Part shown: positions 1-8,956 of the stretch, piece after piece
Layout: the number at the start of each line of letters is the position of its first letter
Numbering within the stretch: position 1 is the first letter of the stretch
Source of the DNA: Wenzhouxiangellaceae bacterium
Lineage (GTDB): Bacteria; Pseudomonadota; Gammaproteobacteria; Xanthomonadales; Wenzhouxiangellaceae
Assembly (NCBI GenBank): GCA_033722095.1
Contig: JAWVZQ010000001.1
Coordinates: 1-56,690 of the forward strand
Length of the DNA: 56,690 nucleotides
Direction: 5' to 3'
The notes under the pieces: model-generated
What the model was told of the DNA's origin: nothing
What the model saw: only the letters and a program-made list of their open reading frames with translations
The model's database searches: none
Translations under genes and position numbers: made by a program

Positions 1-2
1 CC

Positions 3-2690
3 GGCCTGTCCGACGCCCGCCGCGCGCTCGGAAACGCGCTGAAGGGCACCGCCTTCGGAGACGGCGAACTTGCGGCGCTGCTGTCGTTCGCGGCCGGGAC
101 GCTGGCCGCCGAGGACCGTGATTCCCCGATCAGGGAATGGAACGCCGACGGGCTGCCGGAGCCGGAGGCCGAGGTCCTGCCGCAGTGGCGAGCGCTCGGC
201 GAGGCGTTGCTCACCAAGGGGGGCGACTTCCGGCGTTCGGTCTCCATCGCGACCGGCTTTCCGCCGAAGACGCCCGAGAAGGACCGCATGGCCGCCCTGC
301 TCGATGCGCTGTCCGATGCGCCGGACGCGGCCGAACTGCTGCACCGCGCCCGGCGGATGCCCGCTCCCGCCTACGACGACGAAGAGTGGCGCGTGCTCGA
401 AGCGCTCGTGCGCGTCCTCGAGCGCGCCGCAGCGGAACTGCAACTGGTGTTCGCCGAAACCGGCCGCACCGATTTCACGGGACTGTCGGCCGCGGCGCTG
501 CAGGGCCTCGGCGACGAGGAGTCGGGCTACACCGATCTCGGCCTCTACCTGGATCGACGCATTCGCCACGTGCTCGTCGACGAATACCAGGACACGAACT
601 GGGCCCAGTTCCACCTGCTCGAGAAGCTGACCCACGGCTGGGAGCCGGGGGACGGCCGCACGCTGTTCGTGGTCGGCGATCCGATGCAGTCCATCTACCG
701 GTTCCGCGAGGCCGAGGTCGGCCTGTTCATCCGGACGCGCGACGAAGGACTCGGTGACCTGGCGCCGGATCCGCTGAAGCTCACGCGCAACTTCCGCAGC
801 CGCGCCGAGATCGTGGAATTCGTCAACGACGCCATCGGGCCGGCGTTTCCCGACGAGGAGGACGTCGCGGCCGGCGCCGTTCGCTATGCGGCCTCGGAAC
901 CGGCCCGGGATGCCGGCGGACGCGTCGACTGCATCGCCAGGCCCGATGCCGCCAGCGAGGCCGCGGCCGTGGCCGAGACCGTGCACGCCGAACTCGAAGC
1001 CCACGCCGAAGACCCCGGGTTCCGGGCCGCGATCATCGTCCGGGCCCGGGGCCACCTGGCCGAGATCCTGCCGGCGCTCAAGGCCCGCGGCGTGCCCTTC
1101 CGGGCCGTCAAGCTCGACCCCCTGCTCCAGCGGCCCGCGGTCCTCGACCTGCTGTCGCTGGTCCGCGCCATCCTGCTGCCGGACGATCGCACGGCGCTGG
1201 CTGCCGTGCTGCGCGCCCCCGTCGCGGGACTCACGCTGGCCGACCTGCACTGCCTGCTCGGCGACGGACGCGACCCCCGAGCCGACGACGCCACGCGGGC
1301 GCTCTCCCCCGACGGCCGCGAACGCGCCCGGCGGGTCCTTGCCGCGCTGTCCGACGCGCACGCGCGCATCGGCCGGCGGTCTCTACGCGAACTCGTCGAG
1401 GGAACCTGGAAGCGGCTCGGCGGACCCCGCAGCCTGGCACGACCGGACACCGAACTGCGCGAGGCCGGACGATTCCTCGACACGCTCGAAGCGGCCGACA
1501 CCGAGGGACTGGCCGAGGACCTCAACGATCTCGTCGCCCTGCTGGAGACGGCCTTCACCGAGGGCGATCCGGAGAACGAGGCGGTCCGCCTGGAAATCCT
1601 CACCATGCACGGCGCGAAGGGCCTGGAATGGGACCTCGTCGTGATCCCGGGCCTGGATCGCGGCAGCCGCGGCCCGGACCGCGAACTGCTGTACTGGCTG
1701 CCGTTCACGCCCACCGCCGGCGCCGAGGAAGTGCTGCTGGCGCCGCTGCGCGCGGCCGACCAGCCCGGCGACCCGCCGCTGGTCGCCCTGATCCGCGACG
1801 AACAGAAGCGACGCGACGCCTTCGAGATGCAGCGCCTGCTCTATGTCGCAGCGACGCGCGCCCGGACCCGGCTGGTGCTGACCGCGCGGGTCGATCCCGA
1901 GAAGCCCCGCCCCGGCTCCGGCAGCCTGCTCGAACTGCTCTGGCCGCGCGTCGGGCCGGCCTTCGTCGATGCCCTGGGGCAGCCCGAGGCCGCAACGACG
2001 CGGCCGGCCGCCGCAGCCCGGCCCGAGGCGCCCCCGCAGGCCATCCGCCGCGTCCCGGCCGGCTGGAACCCGCCGTGCGGCGAGCGGCTCGACTGGTCGC
2101 CGGCGATCCCGCCGCGCGAGCACGAGACCGAGATCGAGTTCCACTGGGCCGGCCAGCAGGCGCGCAGGACCGGCACGGTGCTGCACCGGCTGCTCGAACA
2201 CGTCGGCCGCACGGGCATCGAGGATCTCACCGACGAGGCGCGCCGCCGCCTCGAAGACCGCGTGCCGCAGTTGCTGCGCGCGCTGGGGACGGGGCCGCGC
2301 ACGCTCGAGGAGAACACGCGCATCGTCCGCGAGGCGTTCGAGCGCACGCTCGACAGCGACCGCGGCCGCTGGATCCTCAGCGGCGCGCACCGCGACGCGG
2401 CCTGCGAACTGCCGTTGACGGGCGTCGTCGACGGGCAGCTCGTACAGGCCGTCATCGATCGCACGTTCGTCGACGAGAACGGCACGCGCTGGATCATCGA
2501 CTGGAAGTCGGGCCACCACGCCGGTGGCGACCTCGAGGGCTTTCTCGCCGACGAGGCCGAACGCTACCGCGACCAGCTGACGCTGTATCGGCGCCTGTTC
2601 GAACAGATGGGCGAGACCGACATCCGCACTGCCCTGCACTTCCCGCGCCACGGCGAAATGCGCGAGGTGGAGACCCGTCCCCGCGCTTGA
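3..2690 (+). CDS. addA: ATP-dependent helicase/nuclease, AddA/UvrD family (5'-truncated by window edge)
   Basis: Frame is open from position 3. SF1 helicase motifs LVDEYQDTN, VGDPMQSIYRFR, NFRS, TMHGAKGLEWD, LYVAATRA; C-terminal PD-(D/E)xK nuclease signature IDRTF...IIDWKS. Confidence 0.88.
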   Translation, partial: GLSDARRALGNALKGTAFGDGELAALLSFAAGTLAAEDRDSPIREWNADGLPEPEAEVLPQWRALGEALLTKGGDFRRSVSIATGFPPKTPEKDRMAALLDALSDAPDAAELLHRARRMPAPAYDDEEWRVLEALVRVLERAAAELQLVFAETGRTDFTGLSAAALQGLGDEESGYTDLGLYLDRRIRHVLVDEYQDTNWAQFHLLEKLTHGWEPGDGRTLFVVGDPMQSIYRFREAEVGLFIRTRDEGLGDLAPDPLKLTRNFRSRAEIVEFVNDAIGPAFPDEEDVAAGAVRYAASEPARDAGGRVDCIARPDAASEAAAVAETVHAELEAHAEDPGFRAAIIVRARGHLAEILPALKARGVPFRAVKLDPLLQRPAVLDLLSLVRAILLPDDRTALAAVLRAPVAGLTLADLHCLLGDGRDPRADDATRALSPDGRERARRVLAALSDAHARIGRRSLRELVEGTWKRLGGPRSLARPDTELREAGRFLDTLEAADTEGLAEDLNDLVALLETAFTEGDPENEAVRLEILTMHGAKGLEWDLVVIPGLDRGSRGPDRELLYWLPFTPTAGAEEVLLAPLRAADQPGDPPLVALIRDEQKRRDAFEMQRLLYVAATRARTRLVLTARVDPEKPRPGSGSLLELLWPRVGPAFVDALGQPEAATTRPAAAARPEAPPQAIRRVPAGWNPPCGERLDWSPAIPPREHETEIEFHWAGQQARRTGTVLHRLLEHVGRTGIEDLTDEARRRLEDRVPQLLRALGTGPRTLEENTRIVREAFERTLDSDRGRWILSGAHRDAACELPLTGVVDGQLVQAVIDRTFVDENGTRWIIDWKSGHHAGGDLEGFLADEAERYRDQLTLYRRLFEQMGETDIRTALHFPRHGEMREVETRPRA

Positions 2691-2722
2691 ATTCACGGGC
2701 GAGCCGGCATAGGATCGAATCG

Positions 2723-2738
2723 TACGATCGACTTCGTA
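2723..2738. promoter_or_regulatory. Putative BlaI/MecI-type operator palindrome TACGA-N6-TCGTA
   Basis: Inverted repeat tacga(tcgact)tcgta, flanked by ggatcg...cgatcc, 25 bp upstream of the BlaI-family start codon; these repressors typically autoregulate through a dyad. Confidence 0.5.
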
Positions 2739-2763
2739 ACGATCCGGCCGCGCGAGATTCCCG

Positions 2764-3156
2764 ATGAACCAGCTTCCCCAGCCCACGTCCTCCGAACTGA
2801 AGATCCTGCACGTGCTGTGGCGCGAGGGGCCGAGTACGGTCCGCGCCGTCCACGACGAGATCAGCCGGCACGAGCGGCTCAGCTACACGACGGTGCTCAA
2901 GCAACTCCAGGTCATGACCGACAAGGGCCTCGTCGCGCGCGACACCTCGCAGCGCGCCCATGTCTACCGGCCCACGCGGTCCGAGCAGGACACGCAGGAA
3001 GAGATGCTCGGCGACTTCATGTCGCGCGTCTACGAGGGCTCGGCGTCGAAGATGGTCATGCAGGCGCTGGGCCTGTCGCGCGCCGCTTCGCCCGAGGAAC
3101 TCGACGAGATCCGGCGCCTCGTCCGGGAGCTCCGCGAACGCGGCGAAGGAGGCTGA
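2764..3156 (+). CDS. BlaI/MecI/CopY family transcriptional repressor
   Basis: 130 aa; ELKILHVLW..GPSTVRAVH...SYTTVLKQLQVMTDKGLV.R...AHVY winged-helix pattern; directly upstream of an M56 gene. Confidence 0.93.
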   Translation: MNQLPQPTSSELKILHVLWREGPSTVRAVHDEISRHERLSYTTVLKQLQVMTDKGLVARDTSQRAHVYRPTRSEQDTQEEMLGDFMSRVYEGSASKMVMQALGLSRAASPEELDEIRRLVRELRERGEGG

Positions 3157-3160
3157 CGCC

Positions 3161-4924
3161 ATGCCGTTTTCCCTTCCCGCACTCCCGATGCCGTCTCCCG
3201 AGCTGATCGAGGCTCTGGGCCTCGCGCTGCTGCATTTCCTCTGGCAGGGCCTGGCGCTGGCGGGGCTCTACCGCCTGTCGCTGTGGGCGCTTCGCGAGGC
3301 GGACGCGAACCTGCGCTACCTGGTCGGGGTCGTCACGCTGGCACTCATGGCTCTCATGGTGCCCATCACGGCCGCCTGGCTGATGAGCGCCTCTGCGCCG
3401 GCCACGCCGGCCTCGACCGCCCCGGCATCGCTGTTGCTGGCCGTCGCGGCCGCGCCGGGCGATTCGGCGCCGGCCCGTTGGAGTGCCGTCGTCGCCTTCT
3501 GGCTGGCCGGCGTGACCGTGCTGAGCGCGAGAACGCTCGTCGACTGGACGCAGTTGCGCCGGCTGCGCGCCCGGGCCGATCGTGCCGCGGCGGACTGGCT
3601 GCGGCCCACGCTGGCCGCGCTGGGCAGACGCATGGGCATCGCCCGCGACGTGGAAATCGGTCTCGTCGAAGGCCTCCCCGGCCCGGCCGTCGTGGGTTGG
3701 CTCCGCCCGGCCCTGCTGCTGCCGCCGGCCCTGGTGCTTCGCCTGTCGGGCGAGCAGCTGGAGATGATCCTGGCCCACGAACTCGCCCACCTGCGGCGAC
3801 TGGATCACTGGGTGAACCTGTTCCAGCTCGTCGTCGAGACCGCGCTGTTCTACCACCCCGCCGTGGGCTGGGTCTCCCGCCAGGTCCGCATCGAACGTGA
3901 GAACGCCTGCGACGATCTCGCGATCGGCGCCACGGGCAAGCGGCTGGCCTACGTCGAGATGCTGGCCGGTCTCGAGCAGTCGCGGCCGTCGCGGGCGGCA
4001 CTCGCGCTGGGCGTCGGCGACGGGCAGATCGTCACGCGCATCCGGCGCCTGGTCCGCGGCGCGGAGCCGCGAGCGCAGCGCGGCGTCGCCCTGCCGCTGG
4101 CGCTGGGCACGGCCCTGGTCCTGGCGCTCGCGGTCGGCGGCGGGGCACTGCTCGTCCCCGACGGCGATCCGGCGGCGCCCGCCGCGGCGACGGCCGTCAC
4201 GCCCAGCGTCGCAGTGCCGTCCACGCCCTCTTCTACCTCCACCGCGGGCGAAGTCGTGGCCGACACGGCGACGGTCGTCCCGGTCGGAGCAACGGAAGAT
4301 GCGCGCGCGACCCCGGCCACCCGATCCGGGCCCGTCGCGGTGCCGACCGCGGAGGCCGCGGTATCGACGCCGACTCCGCAACCCGAGGAGCGGACGTCGC
4401 GAAGACTGGCCAGGACGTCCATGCCCCTCGTCGAGCGCACCGCGGCCGCGCACCTCGAGTTGCCGCGATCCGATGCTCCGATGCTGGCATTCACTCCCGA
4501 CGAAGCGCTGGCCTACGTCCCCGGTCCGTCGCTGCCGTCTTTGCCGGAGCCGCCCGCTTCCGATCCGGCGCCGGCGGCCGGTGATGCCGTGGCCGCCGCC
4601 GCGGCCGTGCTGACCGGCGGCGAGCTCGTGCGACGCGTCGAGCCGACGTTCCCGCGCGCGGCGCTGCGCCGCCTCGTGCATGGCAAGGTCCGGCTGGAAC
4701 TCGACGTGGGGCGCGACGGGCGCGTCCGCGGCGCGACGGTGATCGAGGAGTCGCCCGACAACCAGGGCTTCGCCGAGGCGGCGCGCGAGGCCGCGCGGGG
4801 ATGGCGCTTCGAGTCCTTCGAGCGCGCCGGCGAACCCGTGGCCCATCGTGTGCGTGTCGAGTTCGATTTCGACCCGGCCGCGAGCTGCCGGGCAACCACG
4901 GGCACGCGGCTGCCGCGCTGCTGA
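3161..4924 (+). CDS. BlaR1-like M56 metallopeptidase with Pro/Ala/Thr-rich linker and C-terminal TonB-C domain
   Basis: ATG 4 nt after the blaI stop; LLHFLWQG TM start, HELAH zinc motif, FYHPAV, ERENACDD; C-terminal P.FP..A.....G.V.L...V..DG.V......W.F TonB_C pattern. Confidence 0.88.
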   Translation: MPFSLPALPMPSPELIEALGLALLHFLWQGLALAGLYRLSLWALREADANLRYLVGVVTLALMALMVPITAAWLMSASAPATPASTAPASLLLAVAAAPGDSAPARWSAVVAFWLAGVTVLSARTLVDWTQLRRLRARADRAAADWLRPTLAALGRRMGIARDVEIGLVEGLPGPAVVGWLRPALLLPPALVLRLSGEQLEMILAHELAHLRRLDHWVNLFQLVVETALFYHPAVGWVSRQVRIERENACDDLAIGATGKRLAYVEMLAGLEQSRPSRAALALGVGDGQIVTRIRRLVRGAEPRAQRGVALPLALGTALVLALAVGGGALLVPDGDPAAPAAATAVTPSVAVPSTPSSTSTAGEVVADTATVVPVGATEDARATPATRSGPVAVPTAEAAVSTPTPQPEERTSRRLARTSMPLVERTAAAHLELPRSDAPMLAFTPDEALAYVPGPSLPSLPEPPASDPAPAAGDAVAAAAAVLTGGELVRRVEPTFPRAALRRLVHGKVRLELDVGRDGRVRGATVIEESPDNQGFAEAAREAARGWRFESFERAGEPVAHRVRVEFDFDPAASCRATTGTRLPRC

Positions 4925-4969
4925 CCCATCGTCCTCGATCCGGGGCCGCCCGGATCGATTCGCGGTGCC

Positions 4970-5464
4970 TCAATCGCCCAGCGCGTCGCGGAACACGGCC
5001 TCGGTGTCCTCGTCGAACAGCACGAAGACCGCCTCCAGTTCCTCCGGCGCCTCGCGGCGGACCGTCTCCACGGCGATCCGGGCCGCATCGTCGAGGGGGT
5101 AGCCGAACGCACCGGCCGAGATCGCCGGGATGCCGACCGAGGAAATGTCGCGGTCGCGGCACAGCGCGACGACGTGCCGGTAAGCCGATTCGAGCAATTC
5201 GTCGGAAGGCTCGTCGATCCCGTAGCGCGGCCCGAGCGCGTGGATGACGTACTCGTTGGGCAGATCGAAGGCCTCCGTGATCACCGCCTCACCGGGCTCG
5301 ATCGGGGCCAGCGGCCTGCAGGCTTCGGCGAGCCCGGGTCCGGCGACCGAGTGGATGGCCCCGGCCACGCCACCGCCGGGCATGAGTTCGGCATTCGCTG
5401 CATTGACGACGGCCTCGAGGTCTTCCTGGCGCGTGATGTCGCCGACGCGTGTCGAGATCGGCAT
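4970..5464 (-). CDS. Macro domain protein (ADP-ribose binding / O-acetyl-ADP-ribose deacetylase family)
   Basis: GDIT, VNAAN..L.PGGGVAGAIH, VIHALGP, PAISAGAFGYP motifs. Confidence 0.93.
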   Translation of the reverse strand: MPISTRVGDITRQEDLEAVVNAANAELMPGGGVAGAIHSVAGPGLAEACRPLAPIEPGEAVITEAFDLPNEYVIHALGPRYGIDEPSDELLESAYRHVVALCRDRDISSVGIPAISAGAFGYPLDDAARIAVETVRREAPEELEAVFVLFDEDTEAVFRDALGD

Positions 5465-5591
5465 GTGCAGACTCCGTTCCTGTCGGTCTCCCTCCCTAGC
5501 CTACACGGCACGCCAAGACCTCCGGCACATGGCAGCGCGGGCCGATTCGGCTATCTTCGACCCGTCGTCGACCCGCTCGCTGGAGAAAGGC

Positions 5592-7694
5592 ATGATCCGC
5601 ACCCTCGTTTCCGCAGTCCTTCTTGCCACGCTGCTGGCCCTCCCGCATCGATCGGCCGCGCAGGACGAAACCGCGAGACCCGCCGGAATCCAGGACCCGG
5701 GCCCGTCCGAGAGTGGCCCGCGCCAGCCCGATGACCCCGGCTTCGAGTGGCTGCGCGCCGAGGGCCACGACGACGTCGTCTGCCCGTTCCGCGCAAGCGT
5801 CGACTACGAGCCCGGCGACCTGCGGTGCGGCCTGATCCAGGTGCCCGAGAACCGGGAAGTGCCCGGTAGCCGGACCATCGAACTGCTGTTCGTGCACATC
5901 CGGGCCACGGGCGAGGACGAGGACGGGGAAGCGGTGGAAGTCCGCGACGACCCCGTCATCTACCTCACGGGCGGGCCCGGCGTCGGCGTGGCCGGCTACG
6001 TCGACCGGCTCAAGGACCACTCGATCGTCCAGGGGCGCGACCTCTACATCCTCGAGCAGCGCGGCATCGAGAATTCCGGCGATTTCTGCCCGTTCTACGA
6101 CGGCCGCGACCGCGCGAAGATGATCCACGACGAGTGGTCGGAGGCCCAGCAGGCCCTGATCGAACAGGCCCGGGCCTGCGCGGCGCGGGCGCGCGGCCTC
6201 GGCGTGGACCTGACCGGCTACCACACCTTCGAGAACGCCCGCGACGTGCGAGCGCTGCGCATGGCGCTGGGCTTCGAGAACTGGAACGTCTGGGGCATTT
6301 CCTACGGATCGGTCCTCGGCCAGGCCCTGCTGCAGGTCGATCCCGAGGGCATCCGGGCGATGGTCATCGACGCCATCGTCCCGCTGAACCTCGACGAACT
6401 CATGCGCATCCCGCACTGGTCGAACCGCATGCTGGACCGCTTCTTCGCCGCCTGCCTTGAGCAGCGGGCCTGCCGCCGCAACTATCCGGACCTCGAGGAC
6501 CGCTATTTCGCCGCCATCGAGTCGATGATCGAGCAGCCGGCCGAGGCCGATGTCCCGGCCGGAGAGATGTTTCCCGACGGCAAGGCCTGGATCTTCCAGG
6601 ACGTGGTCGCCGGCCTGCCGTTCGGCATGGCCTACGAGCAGTCCCGGCACCCGGCGATCCCGGCGATGATGGACGGCCTGGCACGTGCGGTTTCGGAGCG
6701 CGACCCGGAATTCTTCGAGGCGCTGGCCATCGCCATGACCGAGCCCGACCCCGGGTTCTCGATCTCGATGGGCATGTCGATGGCCGTGCGCTGCCAGGAC
6801 GGGTACTTCGCCGCGCTGGCCGAGGAGGCGCCGGCCGACTTCGAGCGCTACCCGGTCCTGGCACGCGCCTTCGGGGACCTGGCGATGATCGAGCGCGCGC
6901 CGGAAGTCTGCCGCGAGCTCGGGATGCCGGCCCGCGACCCGGCGCAGTACCGCCTCGTCGACAGCCCGCTGCCCGTGGTCGTCGCCAACGGCGCCTGGGA
7001 TCCGATCACGCCGCCGCCTCTGGCACGCATCGTCGCCGATTCGCTCACGAACAGCCGCTACGTCGAATTTCCGCACGCCGGCCACGGCCCGACGCGCTCG
7101 CTCGACTGCGCGGGCGGCTTCCTCAACGGCTTCTTCGACGACCCGGCGGCGGAACTCGACATGGAGTGCGTCCGCGAAGGCGAAGAGGCCGCCGAGTACC
7201 TCGCACCGCTGCTCGAGACCGCGGCGATGCGCCGCGGGATCGTCATGGAAGCGACCGACGAGCAGCGCTTGAAGATCCACGTCGCATGGCTCGGCGCTTC
7301 GCTGGTCCCGATGGCGGTCGGCTTCCTCGCGATCGGCCTGGCCTGGCTCTCGCGCCGCTTCGGAGCGCCTCCCGCCGGATCCGCGGGCGGGGCGCGTCTT
7401 GCCGCGTTCCTGGCGGGCACGGCGGGCCTGGGTTGGGCAGTGGGCCTGGGGATGGGCCTGGCGAGCAGCGTCGAGGTCACGCCGGCGCTGCTGCTGTTCG
7501 GCATCGCCGGTCCCGCGCCGTTCGCAGCCTGGCTCGCCCCCGTGGCGGGGGTGCTGGGACTGGTCGCGCTGCTGATCGTGTTGCGCGCGCGGCGGGACGT
7601 CGCCCCGCTGCCGTGGCTCGGGCTGCTGTTCGTGGCCGCCTCGGCCGTGTCGCTGAGCGCCTTTGCCTGGGTCTGGGACCTCTGGCCGATGTAG
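5592..7694 (+). CDS. Secreted alpha/beta hydrolase (TAP-like peptidase family) with C-terminal membrane helices
   Basis: GGAG RBS before ATG 5592; signal peptide MIRTLVSAVLLATLLALPHRSAA; GGPG, nucleophile GISYG, Asp NGAWDPITP, His AGHG; hydrophobic helices at the C-terminus. Confidence 0.85.
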   Translation: MIRTLVSAVLLATLLALPHRSAAQDETARPAGIQDPGPSESGPRQPDDPGFEWLRAEGHDDVVCPFRASVDYEPGDLRCGLIQVPENREVPGSRTIELLFVHIRATGEDEDGEAVEVRDDPVIYLTGGPGVGVAGYVDRLKDHSIVQGRDLYILEQRGIENSGDFCPFYDGRDRAKMIHDEWSEAQQALIEQARACAARARGLGVDLTGYHTFENARDVRALRMALGFENWNVWGISYGSVLGQALLQVDPEGIRAMVIDAIVPLNLDELMRIPHWSNRMLDRFFAACLEQRACRRNYPDLEDRYFAAIESMIEQPAEADVPAGEMFPDGKAWIFQDVVAGLPFGMAYEQSRHPAIPAMMDGLARAVSERDPEFFEALAIAMTEPDPGFSISMGMSMAVRCQDGYFAALAEEAPADFERYPVLARAFGDLAMIERAPEVCRELGMPARDPAQYRLVDSPLPVVVANGAWDPITPPPLARIVADSLTNSRYVEFPHAGHGPTRSLDCAGGFLNGFFDDPAAELDMECVREGEEAAEYLAPLLETAAMRRGIVMEATDEQRLKIHVAWLGASLVPMAVGFLAIGLAWLSRRFGAPPAGSAGGARLAAFLAGTAGLGWAVGLGMGLASSVEVTPALLLFGIAGPAPFAAWLAPVAGVLGLVALLIVLRARRDVAPLPWLGLLFVAASAVSLSAFAWVWDLWPM

Positions 7695-7725
7695 CCGGAG
7701 CCGCCCTCGATCCTGCCGGATCGCC

Positions 7726-8796
7726 TCAGGCGCCGGCCGGCGAGTCGGTCTCCGTCGAGGCCGATTCACGGCGCGGCGCCGGATCGGCCCGGACGAATTC
7801 GACGCGATCGCGCCCGGCCTGCTTGGCGCGATACATGGCACGATCGGCGCGCATGAGCCAGTCCGACCAGTCCTCGCCCCCCCGCAGCACCGCCACGCCT
7901 GCGGAGAAGCGGATCCGGAGCCCCTGGCACTCGATCGCGCCGCTCATGCGGCGATGCAGCCGCTCGGCAAGCGCCTGCGCCTCGTCCTCGTCCCGGCCCG
8001 GCAGCAGCAGCACGAATTCCTCGCCGCCGAAGCGGTAGAAACCGTCCTCGGCCCGGATATTGGCGCGCACGAGGTCGGCGAAACGGCGCAGCGCCTCGTC
8101 GCCCGCCTCGTGCCCGTACCGGTCGTTGATCTCCTTGAAGTGGTCGAGATCCAGCAGCATCAGCGTGTAGCCGGGCCCGTTGCGCCGACTGGCCGAAACC
8201 GCCGCCGTCAGATCGCGACGCATCATGCGGCGATTGCCTGCGAAGGTCAGCGGATCCTGGAGCGCCAGCGTTTCGAGTTGGTCCTGGTAGCTGGCCAGGC
8301 GATGGGCGAAGATCCACGCGAAGGCCGTGACCAGCAGGGCCGTGATGATGTAGGTCAGACCCTCGAGCGTCGACTCGAACAGGTCGGTCTCGATGATCAG
8401 TATCGGCGTCAGGATCAGGTTCGCGACCAGCGCGAAGCGGCGGGAGGTCAGCAGGAAGTTGACCCAGAGCACCACGTAACCCCAGAGGATGCCCGTGCGA
8501 CCGAACATTGCGGTCGAGGCAATGCAGGCCACGACCGTGACGACGACGAAGAAGCGGCCTGCCCGCCGGGTCTCGCCGCTGCGGATGGCGTAGACCAGGA
8601 CGAGCAGCATCCCGACGACGATCATCAGGTTCACGGTGCCGCCGAACAGGTAGCCCGCGACGTAGCGGTAGACGACGAACCCGAAGACCACGACGGCGGC
8701 CAACGTTCCGAACAGCATGATCATCGCGAACTGGTAATCGTTCCGGAATCGTTTCCGGAACTCGGACGCGCTCATGAACTGGCGCTTCGCGGACAT
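7726..8796 (-). CDS. Membrane-bound diguanylate cyclase (GGDEF)
   Basis: About six N-terminal hydrophobic segments; DPLT, DLDHFKEINDRYGHEAGD, RFGGEEF, ADRAMYRAKQAGRD. Start could alternatively be ATG 8775. Confidence 0.92.
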   Translation of the reverse strand: MSAKRQFMSASEFRKRFRNDYQFAMIMLFGTLAAVVVFGFVVYRYVAGYLFGGTVNLMIVVGMLLVLVYAIRSGETRRAGRFFVVVTVVACIASTAMFGRTGILWGYVVLWVNFLLTSRRFALVANLILTPILIIETDLFESTLEGLTYIITALLVTAFAWIFAHRLASYQDQLETLALQDPLTFAGNRRMMRRDLTAAVSASRRNGPGYTLMLLDLDHFKEINDRYGHEAGDEALRRFADLVRANIRAEDGFYRFGGEEFVLLLPGRDEDEAQALAERLHRRMSGAIECQGLRIRFSAGVAVLRGGEDWSDWLMRADRAMYRAKQAGRDRVEFVRADPAPRRESASTETDSPAGA

Positions 8797-8956
8797 GGGA
8801 CCGGAGCCTCCCTGGATCCTGTTCGAAAATCTACCACGGAGGCGGCCGGCGTGCCGCCCGGAGCGGTATCCGGAATCGGCCGATACCGCTTACGGCAATG
8901 GCGCTCGGCCGGGAGGCGCTGCGACACCGTATCGTCACGGACATCTGGGGCCGGAC

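Noticed and set aside
2764-4924. Beta-lactam resistance regulon
   Set aside because: No penicillin-binding sensor domain (no SxxK domain) and no adjacent beta-lactamase.
4970-5464. Macrodomain as DarG antitoxin or Thoeris defence component
   Set aside because: Stand-alone YmdB-like size with no DarT, TIR or SIR2 neighbour.
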